In this document: one piece after another, positions 13,206 to 25,341 of the stretch | Layout: each line of letters starts with the position of its first letter | How positions within the stretch are numbered: position 1 is the first letter of the stretch | Assembly (NCBI GenBank): GCA_012295275.1 | Contig: CM022677.1 | Span: 4,836,001-4,900,000 of the forward strand | Reading direction: 5' to 3' | Source of the DNA: Chrysomallon squamiferum | Lineage: Eukaryota > Animalia > Mollusca | Length of the DNA stretch: 64,000 nucleotides | The notes under the pieces: model-generated | What the model saw: the letters and a program-made list of their open reading frames with translations, nothing else | Databases searched by the model: none | Told to the model about the DNA's origin: nothing | Made by a program: the position numbers and the translations under genes

Positions 13206-14673
13206 TTATTCTGGTACGTACTGACGAATCACGTTTGTCATCATTCCGAGAATGGCGGGTTTTCCCATTTCTGCTTCGCTTCTTGCCAAACATCTGACCT
13301 TTAAGAAGATACTTGCAGACAAATCTTCTGTGATATCCAACTTCTCACGTACTTTCTCTTCCATCTGCTTTGGATCCCGTTTATCTTTTTCGTTCTCTAT
13401 TGATAACTTTTCTAACAAGGATCTCAAATATGGCTCATTCCTTTCTCCTGACGTCTTCTCCATTTCTTCAGGATCCCACTCCATCTCTCCTTCTTTCATC
13501 TTCAGTATTTCTTGCTCCCGTTTTTGTACTGCTTGTTCTGCAGCTTTCAGCATATCAGTGGTGTAGAAGCTTTGACTGTTCTTCCCTACGTTTCTTTTCA
13601 CCAGATCTATCAACTGTTTTACTTGTCCTTCGTCCTTGTTCACGTTGTACCAGCGCACCTGTCACCGCAATCAGTTTCTTTAAATCCTCCAGTTGAGATG
13701 TAATCGTCGAGAGTCTTCCCGTGTTGCTCCAGTTCATCGATTCGTACAAACACAACAGTGAGATAGGAAAACACAACAGGGAGATAGGGAAACACAACAG
13801 TGAGATAGGAAAACACAACAGTGAGATAGGAAAACACAACAGTGAGATAGGAAAACACAACAGTGAGATAGGAAAACACAACAGTGAGATAGGAAAACAC
13901 AACAGTGAGATAGGAAAACACAACAATGAGATAGGAAAACACAACAGTGAGATAGGAAAACACAACAGTGAGATAGGAAAACACAACAGTGAGATAGGAA
14001 AACACAACAGTGAGAGAGAAAACACAACAGTGAGAGTGAGATGAGATAGGGAAACACAACAGTGAGATAGGAAAACACAACAGTGAGATAGGAAAACACA
14101 ACAGTGAGATAGGAAAACACAACAGTGAGATAGGAAAACACAACAGTGAGATAGGAAAACACAACAGTGAGATAGGGAAACACAACAGTGAGATAGGGAA
14201 ACACAACAGTGAGATAGGAAAACACAACAGTGAGATAGGAAAACACAACAGTGAGATAGGAAAACACAACAGTGAGATAGGAAAACACAGCAGTGAGATA
14301 GGAAAACACAGCAGTGAGAGAGGGAAACAGGCCACTTCTGAAGATCTTTCTGTAACGGCTGACAGTGTCAGTTTCTTCTTCGGTAAAACGCCCGATTCTT
14401 ACAGCGAGGATAAAAGCACGTGGGCCTGGGAAACACAAAGCAATGCATTTTTTAATTTCCTCCGTTATTTCCTTATCAGAATGTCGTGTATGAAAAAGAG
14501 CAGGAGTATCAATGACCATGATTTGAGAGCAAACCGAGAGGACAACCCTGACTGACACGTGGTCGTAGCCCGCTGACTGACACCACTAACGCCAAAACAG
14601 GAATCACCAAGGATTGAATTTCCTGTTTTTCCAATCAAAATAATACGTAATTCGTCTTTCAGGTAAAAACGTT
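13206..14673 (-). pseudogene. GIMAP: GIMAP/AIG1-family GTPase exon, pseudogenised (P-loop deletion, frameshifts, repeat expansion)
   Basis: The exon follows a ttttcag acceptor and reads ELRIILIGKTG/NSILG, VIDTPALF, EIKKCIALCFPGPRAFILAVRIGRFTEEE, YLTVVF, QVKQLIDLV..FYTTDML, then a coiled-coil tail. These are characteristic AIG1 motifs. Confidence 0.9.
13748..14330. repeat. 21-bp tandem repeat (~27 units) amplifying the GIMAP YLTVVFS codons
   Basis: Unit aacacaacagtgagataggaa. An irregular unit near 14010-14050 shifts the frame. Confidence 0.97.
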
Positions 14674-15028
14674 CTGAAAAAAAATATCAATAAATAAATA
14701 AATAATAATAATAACAATAATCATAAGAAGAAGAACAACAACAAGAAGAAGAAAAAGTGAAAATAAAATTAAATTTGTGGACTACCGTAATAAGAATGGT
14801 GCCAACAAAGAAAAATACCAACAGTAGTAAAAACACCAGCACCACTTGCACTACTACCACAACTACTATTGCTACTACTACTACTACTGCTACTATTAGT
14901 ACTGCTGCTACTTGTAATGCTACTATTGTTACTATTACAACAACAACTGCTGGTACTAGTTATACTAGTCTTTTTCTGCTCCTGCTACAACATCCACAAT
15001 TAGTATTGTACACTCATTGAATACGTAC

Positions 15029-15088
15029 CAGTGTATTTATTTAATATCGCCGATAAATAAAGCGTTTCAGGTTTGTCTGTTGCGCAGC
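15029..15088 (-). pseudogene. 60-bp phase-1 linker exon between the TIR and GIMAP exons
   Basis: Acceptor ttttttag and donor gtacgt. The exon reads (S)CATDKPETLYLSAILNKYT(E), is open, and is in phase with both neighbours. Confidence 0.6.
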
Positions 15089-15215
15089 CTAAAAAAAAAT
15101 GAATAAATAAATTCCAAAATTTTAAAAATTATATATCTAATAAAGTAAAATATTTAAAAAACAAAAATAACAGAAACGAAACAACAAAAAAGCAAAAACA
15201 AAAACATAAAAAAAA

Positions 15216-15283
<68 letters not shown>

Positions 15284-16261
15284 GATACTAAATTAAAAGG
15301 ATTCAATGTCTCTATCTATGTGTTTGTGTTTGTGTAAGTCTCTGTATATGTGTGCATGTATATGAGTATATATATATGTTTATGTGTGTTGCAGAACAGT
15401 GAAATAATCACTAGTTTCCTATTCCATAAAGGTCAGTATCTAAGGTTTTTAAACTAATTACTTCATAAAAGTAATCAAAAGGGAGCAAGTGCTAGCAAGA
15501 GATTAAGATGACTGCCTCCTGTATGAAACTTTCTTAAAGTCTTAGCATTATAGGTTAAGATGACTGTCTCCTGTTAGGAGCTTTCGTTATCACTGGGAAC
15601 TATATGGTCATGTCACATGATCATATATGGCAACTGCTGTCTAGAATTTAAGCAAGGATTCCACTCTGGCCCGGGACATGACAGGATCATAAACAGTTGT
15701 CACTGAAGTAAGAATTTTTGTATTTGGTTAATAGTATAACTCGTAATGTGCAACAGATCATCTGAGATCAGTAATTAATTTACGCATATTGCTTTCATTT
15801 TAAAGTCAAGATGTTATGTATTAAAGATGAGACAATAATTATATTTTACTGCCCAGTTGTGTGGGCTTTCATTTATTTCGAATATGCTGGTGCACAGTTT
15901 ATTCTGTCTTCGCAAAGCTTTAAGTAACAAAGGTTACAATTTATAATCATTAACGTCATCTGTGTTAGTTTTCACACTGAAATAGACATGATACACAGAG
16001 TATTTTCTCAGTAAACGCACCTGACACATATTTATTATTTCTGTTCAGGTGGCGACAATGTCAGTGTGGGGTAGGAGATACTGACATCACTACTTACAAT
16101 ATTGCATATGCTTTATATTTATGTGTAAATGCTAATTTACATATGCTAGTATTTGTATATTCATGATAACTGTTTTTTCTTTTCTATAAATGTTTCAGTG
16201 ATATTTTATTTATATTTACAACTCAAATATGCATAATAATTACAATAAGTTTTACTGTTAC

Positions 16262-16423
16262 TTCCAAGCTCCTTTATGAGTTGCTGTATTTTTGGATATT
16301 TGCCACTGAATTCAAAACAGAATTGAGCCTCATTGATCATTCCCAGCCAACCATCAGGTTTGAAACCTTTCTCCATCAGAAGTCGTATGATAACTTTCTT
16401 TCGTTTAGCTGCATATTCTGCTT
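16262..16423 (-). pseudogene. Exon encoding the C-terminal half of a TIR (TIR_2-type) domain
   Basis: Reads EAEYAAKRKKVIIRLLMEKGFKPDGWLGMINEAQFCFEFSGKYPKIQQLIKELG. This matches the invertebrate TIR_2 pattern EAEYA..KKPIIPL.ME.GY.PDGWLG....DFS. Bounded by cag and gtaaca, phase 1 at both ends. Confidence 0.8.
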
Positions 16424-16662
16424 CTGTTCATTGTAAATAAGTAAATAAATAAAAAAATAAAATTTAAAACTTCATGAGTGTAACCCATAAACATTTTGTT
16501 ATTGCCATTATTATTACTATTATTATTATTTTTAATACTACTCTAGTGTTTAAGAAAATAAATAAGTACTACACTAATTGCAACAATTATTACTAGAACA
16601 GCCAGTACCGTTACTACTGCAATTATGTACTACTACTACTACTACTACTACTTACTATCAGA

Positions 16663-16734
16663 TCAGAAGTAGCCTCTCTCTGTCAGAAGCGGTACAATAG
16701 TGTTCTTCAATGAAACTGCATGTTCAGTTTCCCT
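16663..16734 (-). pseudogene. Second, more decayed fragment of the same TIR segment
   Basis: Reads RETEHAVSLKNTIVPLLTERGYF*, which parallels EAEYA..KK.IIPLLME.GY. Confidence 0.5.
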
Positions 16735-16757
16735 TTATCTAAAAACTATAATAATGA

Positions 16758-16829
<72 letters not shown>

Positions 16830-17065
16830 CAACAACAACAATACTAATAATATTACTACTCTTACTATTAATAATAATACTGCCACAACTATTATTATTA
16901 CTAGCAATATTATTATACATACATGATTCTACTACTATAACCCTCACTGCCACAATTTTTACCCCTCTACTACGATTACTAATATTAATACTAAAATGGC
17001 TGACAAAAAGGAAGCTTGTACTTTACTTTCTGAATGACGTTTGTTTGGTAAGGCATCAGCGTTTG

Positions 17066-17186
<121 letters not shown>

Positions 17187-17751
17187 AAAAAACCCTGATT
17201 TACTTTGTTGTTATTGTTGTATTCACGGATACAGTTATTTATAACCAAGAGCAATGGTTGTAGATGAGTTCTCAACCACAACTATGGTTGACAGTGCTTA
17301 ACACATTATATATGTACTGAAGAGAAATAACAAAAAGCTTCCATACAGGAATAATTCTAGAACTTGTCTTTTTCATTCACAAATTAAATTAACCTTCTTT
17401 CAAAATCATTCAAGCCTTTAATTTTGGCAGAATCCAATAAAGTGTCCTTTCACCAGTTCTTCTTCAAAAATATTCCTTTTTCAGCAAATTTCAAGAATCA
17501 TACAAATATGTGCCATTTTTTGTTTGTTGCACGTGTCAGAAACGAGTTGTTCCCCTTGGGTGGGGGCGTGCGCCACTTTTCACCCGTGTCGGACAACCCT
17601 TGACCCACTTTTGGGTATGTGCGCCTCATTTTTGCCACGTGCGGAGACAAAGTTATTCCACTTTGAAAAAGGTACCCCTCGCATTTTCATCACGTCTTGA
17701 AAATATTCGGTTGAAAAAATAGCTGTATGAAATGTTTCTACTGGAAGTTTT

Positions 17752-17982
17752 AAACCTCAGCAAATACAGACAGAAGCAGAACCTCAGCAAATACAGATAG
17801 AAGCAGAAACTCAGCAAATAGAGACAGAAGCAGAAACTCAGAAATACAGACTGCCGCAGAAACTCAGCAAATACAGACTCATTGAGAAACTCAGTAAATA
17901 CAGACTGATGCACAAACTCAGTAAATACAGATCGATACAGAAATTCAGTAAATACAGACTGATCAGAAATTCAGCAAATACA
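17752..17982. repeat. ~27-30-bp degenerate tandem repeat
   Basis: About 8 aaactcagcaaatacagacagaagcag-like units. Confidence 0.85.
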
Positions 17983-18362
17983 GCGTTCATTCACTCGCCG
18001 AACTGTTCACGTGTCGCCAGCGTGGCGTTCATTCACTCGCCGAACTGTTCACGTGTCGCCAGCGTGGCGTCAGCTTTCTCATTCACTCGCCGAACTGAAA
18101 CGTGTCGCCAGCGTGGCGTTCATTCACTCGCCGAACTGTTCACGTGTCGCCAGCGTGGCGTTCATTCACTCGCCGAACTGTTCACGTGTCGCCAGCGTGG
18201 CGTTCATTCACTCGCCGAACTGTTCACGTGTCGCCAGCGTGGCGTTCATTCACTCGCCGAACTGTTCACGTGTCGCCAGCGTGGCGTTCATTCACTCGCT
18301 GAACTGTTCACGTGTCGCCAGCGTGGCGTTCATTCACTCGCCGAACTGTTCAGGTGTCGCCA
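17982..18362. repeat. 42-bp GC-rich tandem repeat, ~9 copies
   Basis: Unit gcgttcattcactcgccgaactgttcacgtgtcgccagcgtg. Confidence 0.95.
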
Positions 18363-19687
18363 CAGTTGTGTGTCGTCAGCTTTCTTATGTTTTTAATTTA
18401 GATGACTTGGTACCAGAAAACCGCAAAATCCACAAATCTGCAATGCCTATAATTGGTTCGTTACCTGTATTTGTTTTTTTAATAAAACATTACATTTTAT
18501 TAAGATATCTACTACATTTTTTAATTGTTTTTCTTCTTACTTTTTTAGTTAATTTTTGTTGTTTTCTATTTCTATACTTGTGCAATATTTGTTATTATAT
18601 CAATCTGTTTTGTGTGCTGGGTGTCATTAAACATTCATTCCTTTTATTATCATATCACAAGCCACTGTTAAATGTTTTTACACAGTAAATATATATTTAT
18701 AAACTGCTGTTTGTTTTTATATCTCTAAACAAATTTTATCTTAAAACTAACTTCGTAAAATTTTATAAATTTTGTCAATTAATTTTGTTGTTACTAGATT
18801 TTTGAATTATTAATTACTAATTAAATTATCAACATTGTTAAACAATAATACAACCGTTTAAAATGAAATAAAATACAGTAAAGAAAATGAGAACAATTTG
18901 GAAACATTTAATTTTTTATTTTGTAGAACTATGATGTATGGAGAAAGACTGAAAAATGAGTGAACAAAGTGTTCTGTTTAATTTCTTAATCTGATTAATT
19001 TAATATGTTCAATGTTTCAGATTAATAATTTAAAGAAATTAACAAATTAATATAACCATCATTATTAATAATATTTCCAGTTAAAAAAGAAAACACAATA
19101 AAGGTATATTTAATTTATAAAAATAATTTTAATTGGGAGTGGAAGGGGAAGAAAATAAATTTACTATTGTTACTAGTTTTTACTATTGTTACTATTTTCA
19201 CTTTTGTTACTATTTTTACTTTTGTTACTATTAAGCACTTTATTAACTTACTTAAATAGTCTCTTTTCAGCCTGGTTAATGTAGACAAATGTCAGTAATT
19301 ACTAGTAATAAAAATAAATGAATAAAATAAAATAAATGTTTGTAATGAAACATTTTGTCATGAAATCATGGTGAGTATTTCAGGCTAAAACACACACATA
19401 TAGATTCAAAACAATATTTAATATTACAGTTTTATCGATTATTTTAAAAATCAAATGAAACAGAATAGTCTGACGCTAGTAACGACAGAACCGACCACCG
19501 TCTTATTTTTATTTTTATTTTTTATTTTCATACGGAGAACTGAATTTGTAATTACGATAATTCATACATTATGCACGTGACAAGATGAAAATATCCACAT
19601 ACATAATTATTGTTATAGTGCAGGGCACGCTTAGACACTTTTCTCAACGAGAATCTCTAATTAGGCAACACAAATTATATCTAAATA

Positions 19688-20012
19688 TCAGCATGTGACA
19701 AAGTTACAGCATAAATTTAGCGTGTTAAAAATATATAGCTGATACAGACAACCCGCGTGTTACAGTTGTCAGCATGTGACAAAGTTACAGCATAAATTTA
19801 GCGTGTTGAAAATATTTAGCTGATACAGACAACCCGCGTTACAGCTGTCAGCATGTGACAAAGTTACAGCATAAATTTAGCCGTGTTGAAAATATTTAGC
19901 TGATACAGACAACCCGCGTGTTACAGTTGTCAGCATGTGACAAAGTTACAGCATAAATTTAGCGTGTTGAAAATATTTAGCTGATACAGACAACCCGCGT
20001 GTTACAGTTGTC
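19688..20012. repeat. ~81-bp tandem repeat, 4 copies
   Basis: Unit tcagcatgtgacaaagttacagcataaatttagcgtgttgaaaatatttagctgatacagacaacccgcgtgttacagttg. Confidence 0.95.
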
Positions 20013-20333
20013 GTCTGACACTCGCATAACGTAAAGTACAGATGACATTTGACCTCAAGTACATCCGGTAACTCACGAACAACAGATACCGTTTAAAAAT
20101 AATCCTGTTTCACTGCACAGTAAAATAAATGTTCAAAATGACAGCTGCAAAATAACATCAAACTCGTTTTATTTAGAAATGATACGTAATTTTGTTTTTA
20201 ATAGTTTTTAGCTACATTTTAAAATATTAAAATTATCTCGATTTGTATTACATCAGCTCTTTATATTAGACCAGTAAGCCAGTGATAAAATGAAAATTCA
20301 ACTACATCAAAGGAAAAAATAATAATACAAACA

Positions 20334-20560
20334 TTAAATAAACAAACATATTTTTTCCAGTAATGACACATTTTCAAATTCCAAAATTTCTTTACCATAC
20401 AGAAGAACAGGAAAAACCATGCAGTCAACATATTTTAGTTGGCAGTGGATGCAAATTATGACATTTTCCTTGTCGTAGAATGAAATGCATAGCTTTCTGT
20501 GCTTGTGTATATAACATGTTTCTTGACTTAGTAAATTTATTCGATTTGTGAAAAATAATA
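20334..20560 (-). mobile_element. Short decayed LINE (L2/CR1-group-like) fragment from the region after the RT domain
   Basis: CQLKYVDCMVFPVLLYGKEILEFENVSLLEK resembles the LKLFD..V.PILLYG.E.WG..N...IEK motif. Confidence 0.55.
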
Positions 20561-21135
20561 CCGATATATTTCTAAGTTTCTGCATTCTCAAGCTTTGAAT
20601 TTTCAACATAAAACACTTTCTAGTAATCTTTGTGGTTGCCATTACAAATTAAGACATTACAGTTATTATTATTATTATTAGTTGTTTTAAAATTAACTGG
20701 TATTTTAGGTTCTGTAATTTTGAGATGTATTATTGGTTAGAGTTGAGGGTGTGGCTCAGTGGTCAGAGGAAAGTAGTGTCTGGCGCATTTATCCTTCTCA
20801 AAGTCAGTTCCACGATTACTTTACGCTATATTAAAATATTTTATTATTTCTATTAATTCTCTGAGCCGTCGTAACGGAGTTGTTTTTGATGTTATAAATG
20901 AACTTCTCATTGCTGTTTAGAGCTCTTTATTAACAACTGCTTTCTTAATGTGAACATTTCAAAATATATTACTATTATTATTTCTATTATTGCCAAAGTC
21001 ATTGCCGTCGTACCGATAATAATGCAAACAAAGTAATAACGCATACAAAGTAATCATGCAAACAAAGTAATCATGCAAACAAAGGTAAATTTTCAAAATA
21101 CTAAGAGACAAAAATATCAGTAACATATGTAGAGT

Positions 21136-22244
21136 TCAGACTGAGTGGTAACGTTTGTAGACACTAGCTCTGTGGTTTGCATCAAGAATAGGAGCTAAAA
21201 TTTTTCACTTTTCTTTATTCTTCGTCTGAAACGCTTTCTGTCTCTGGCAAATTGTTGCCATGGTCCTTTTCTGCTGGACTGGTATGCGTAACGCCACACA
21301 ATCATAGGATGTACAGTGACAAGTTTGTCTTCACTGAAACGTACCTTCTTGCACTGTTTACTGCGAGACTGAGCTGCAGCACGTGTAGTTGTCTGTTGAT
21401 TGCAGGTCAAGTTGACTGCGTCAATGGTAGCCTGCTGCTGCTAGGAGACCCAGGTGACACTGGGGTGTGGCTGTTAAGACTGCACTGAGGGGTGGTTGCT
21501 TCTACGTCACTGAACTCACAGCTGTCATCTTCACTAAAACAGTCAGACAAGTAGCTAGGTGTGGAAATCTAATCCTAAGATGGTATCTGTGGTGCTGCTT
21601 CCAAACTGTGTTTTACAACATTCGTTTTGGCACTTTGATGATGCTTTGCAGCAGGACTGAGAATTTTTGTTGTCAATATCACAACCATCAGCAGACTTGG
21701 TCGATGAATCGGACAACTTAGTTTTTTGACGTCGTCTTTTCCTCTGCTTTTCAGCTGAGTGTCTGCCCTTCTTGCGCTTTCTTCTAACTGAGAGGATGTC
21801 ACTGACGTCTGTCACTTGAGCAGCCGCTCTCTGAGATTTACCTTCAGCTTTGCAAGTACTAACATTATCCAGTTTCATTCCAGTGACTCCTGTGACAAGA
21901 GAATTCACAGATTTGTCAAAATCAGCATCTCTAACATCTGCCACGCAGTTCATCGATGCCACCTCCAGCTTGGCAACCTTTGTGACAGAATCTGCACAAC
22001 AACTCGACTTTCTTTTCTTTTTACCACTTTGTATCTGTGAGCCTGTTTTACCAGTTTTTCCTTTTTTCATTTCATCAAGCTGATTGTCTGTCTTGTCATG
22101 TGGATCATTGTCCACAGCACAAACCTGACTAGATGAACATCTGTCTGTACACAATACATCGTCTTTTCTCTTTTTACAAGCTGTCTTGTCACCGTGCTGC
22201 AGGTTTGACGTTGAATCACTATCTAAACACAGTTTCCTTCGCAT
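21136..22244 (-). pseudogene. PPP1R15: PPP1R15 (GADD34/CReP-like) eIF2-alpha phosphatase regulatory subunit, frameshifted
   Basis: KKVRFSE..VHPMIVWRYAYQSSRKGPWQQFARDRKRFRRRI is the PP1-binding and eIF2-alpha-binding signature. After a 1-nt shift it continues KILAPILDANHRASVYKRYHSV* (stop 21136-21138). The acidic SDCFSEDDSCEFSD segment lies in another frame. At least three frameshifts. Confidence 0.9.
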
Positions 22245-22273
22245 TTTTCTTCTGAAAGGTTAATGAAGTCCTT

Positions 22274-22916
22274 CTAAACACCCAGCTGTTTCAATACCAA
22301 TCTGAAATACAGACAGATGAAACTGTATTTAAACTGCCAGCTGTTTCAATACCAATCTGAAATACAGACAGATGAAATTGTATTTAAACTGCCACTTGTT
22401 TCAATACCAGTCTGAAATAAAGACAGATGAAACTGTATTTAAACTGCCAGCTGTTTCAATACCAATCTGAAATACAGACAGATGAAATTGTATTTAAACT
22501 GCCACTTGTTTCAATACCAGTCTGAAATAAAGAGAGATGAAACTGTATTTAAACTGCCAGCTGTTTCAATACCAATCTGAAATACAGACAGATGAAACTG
22601 TATTTAAACTGTCACTTGCACACCGACTGCCTTGTATTATTATTTTTTTTTTATTGATTTATTATTATTACTATTATTATTATTATTTTTTTTTTTTTTT
22701 TTAATTAGTATTATTATTGTTTCGTTTTGTTTTGTTCCCCCTATTAAAATATGGTTTTTATTATTTTCCAATATGACTGGTGAAAATTAATTATTGTTCA
22801 GCTTTTTATAACGTCCTGACACGGCACTTTCATCCTGTATCAATAACTTAACATTGAAAGGAAACTAATGAATATATTGTGATAAACTTTACTTACAAAT
22901 ATCTGTAAATATCCAT
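22274..22916 (-). promoter_or_regulatory. Putative intron-split uORF (MDIYRYLLVLKQLGV*) in the PPP1R15 leader
   Basis: ATG at 22916 and 20 nt to a gtaagt donor; acceptor tatttcag with the exon starting at 22301; TAG at 22276-22274; main ATG at 22244. Confidence 0.55.
22284..22612. repeat. 55-bp tandem repeat, 6 copies, each containing the PPP1R15 splice acceptor
   Basis: Unit cagctgtttcaataccaatctgaaatacagacagatgaaactgtatttaaactgc. Confidence 0.95.
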
Positions 22917-23049
22917 GTTTAGGGCGCGTTTAGAGAGAAGGAAACTTCGAAGTTTAACATAAAATACTCTGCAGACAACTTTAAGCAGTAGAAGTTTGAC
23001 GAAAACTCGTTCTATTTTCTAAATTCAGCATCCAAGTGACAAATGTCAT

Positions 23050-23240
23050 ATTGCGAAACGATTACAGTAAACAGAAATTGAAAGAATATTATTTTCAAAC
23101 GTACCATGTCCGCCATCTTGATCACGCGAGTCAGGCGTGCACGCGATGCCTTTGATGTCAGTTTTAAGCGACCAGACAGTCAACGTCATCTATTTACGTC
23201 TAAAAAAAAAAAAAAAACATTTACAACTCGACGTCACGCT
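23050..23240 (-). promoter_or_regulatory. Candidate PPP1R15 promoter
   Basis: On the minus strand: YY1-like aagatggcgg (~23109-23118) and CRE-like tgacgtcg (23229-23236). On the plus strand: C/EBP-like attgcgaaa (~23050). Local CpG enrichment. Confidence 0.4.
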
Positions 23241-25288
23241 AGCACTGATTTTAAAACAATAAAAATTAATAATATTCCGTTATTTATTTATTTATTTATT
23301 TATTTATTTTTCATGTTTATTTTTTAAATAACATGTTTATTTATTTATTTCTCGTCTTTATTGTTTTAAACTTCAAGCAAACTTTTGCTTTATTAAAAAC
23401 AGTGTTTATGCGCTTGAACCTTCCCTTGAAGTATTTGTCAGCTGCGTCGTTTCTTTATTTTAATTCTTATTAAATATCTATTTTTCATTTTTATACGTGT
23501 ATATGTTTTTATGTGTGTTTTTTTTTTTTTAGATTTGTTAGAGATTTTATATTATTTACTTTATTGTTTTATTTATTTGTTTGTTTTTATTTATTTGTTT
23601 GTTTGTTTGTTTGTGTTTTGTTAAATGTGTTAAACATAATTTGTTTGTTTTTTTGTTTAATTTATTTTTTTTAAATTTATTTTGTTTGTTTGTTTGTTTA
23701 CCTCCACCACTACACTTTTACAATAAATCTGATAAATATAATTTAAGCAGTGGAAAGAATTAAATTTAACGTTAAATTTATTTTAGTTTTAAATAAAATT
23801 AGAAATCAATTGGAATTATTTTTTTTATCGTAACTTTTTATTTGAATTTAGCATATTTGACATAGAAAAATGTTAATTTTCAAAAAACGATTTTGAATAA
23901 GACCAAATATGAAAAAAAAACGTTTGAATAAAAAAAGTGTAATAATAATACTGTGATGATGATGATGATGATGATGATGATGGTAATAATAATAATCATG
24001 ATGATGATCCTCAATAAATAAATAAATAAACAAATAAAAGTTATTTATTAGTGGAATTATGAACGGGGCACCTGCTAATTACTTTTTTTTTATCTTTTTT
24101 TTTATCTTTTTTCTTATCTTTTTTTTTATTATTATTTTTTTTTTTTCGGATTTTATTTTCATTATTATTTATTTATTATATTTTTAAAGTACGTGTTTTT
24201 AAGAAAACATTTACTGTGATATGTGTGAGAATATGTGTGTGTGTGTGTGGAGGGGTGTATATATAATTGTTTGAGTATATGTATGTGTATAATATATATG
24301 TGTGTGTGTGTGTTACTTAAAGCACTGATATTTAACAATAATCCTCTGCAATACACAAACTGGCTACACCCTGGTGCCCACTCCAGAAAGGTGTTGAATT
24401 AGAAACAATAAAATGTGTGTAATCAGGAGACATAAGTTAGTGAAAAGCACAGGTGTGATGAAACAGAAACATAAAAGTTTTCTTAGCTTTGTATTTGCTG
24501 TGATTTGACTGCAAACAAAAATTACCTGACCATTGTTGATATTTTCTCTGATGGAGTTAATCAACACTTGAAACAAAAATTAACGAAGTTTTAGAAATCT
24601 ATATATAGATATAGATATAGATATAGATATAGATGTAGATGTAATGTAGATATAAAGAGATTACTTGTAATTCAGCTTTCTAGCCATCTAGAAAGTTGTA
24701 TGTTTAAAGTTTGTCGATTGAGCAAAATAAATACAAATTAATTTATTATTATTTTGTTACTACAGCAGAATAATATTAGCGATTTATAAATAAATAAATA
24801 AATAAATAAAAGCAGTTAAAATTAATATTTACGAAAAGAGAATTTGAAGTTAATACCGATATCACAGTTTAATACATATATTTACTTAACAAATTATTTA
24901 TTTAAGAACAGATGAACCTAATGCAACTTTTACGACTTGATCTATCAGAGATAAATAATAATAAAAACAAATTTATTTTTTTTTTTTTTTAATTGTTTTT
25001 TTCTAATGTTAAGACATTGGTAAATTAAGAAGGGAGACTACTCATGCGGCACTATCATATTGTTCCGTGTTTCATATTGCACACTGTAAAACAGTGAGAG
25101 ATATAAACACTGTATTTTTAAATCTATTCGAATAAATCATTGTGTAAAATAAAATGTATAACTGACAGCTTATTTGTTTGTTTGTGTATCAAACTGTCTA
25201 CGTACTCAGTGATGAACACATTTTTAAATGGCGCCGTTTCAAACATATTTAAGCTCTAGTTCATTTATGCGGTACAAGTCGAATCTTG

Positions 25289-25341
<53 letters not shown>

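Noticed and set aside
13555-14335. LLCFPIS and HNSEIGK repeat proteins
   Set aside because: They are alternative frames of the 21-bp expansion inside the GIMAP pseudogene.
20745-20770. tggctcagtggtcagag as a tRNA A-box
   Set aside because: There is no B-box or cloverleaf downstream; at most this is a SINE remnant.
21195-21410. Stand-alone 71-aa ORF as a viral DP71L/ICP34.5-like gene
   Set aside because: It lacks an ATG start, is the frameshifted end of a longer cellular-type gene with an intron, and has no viral genes nearby.
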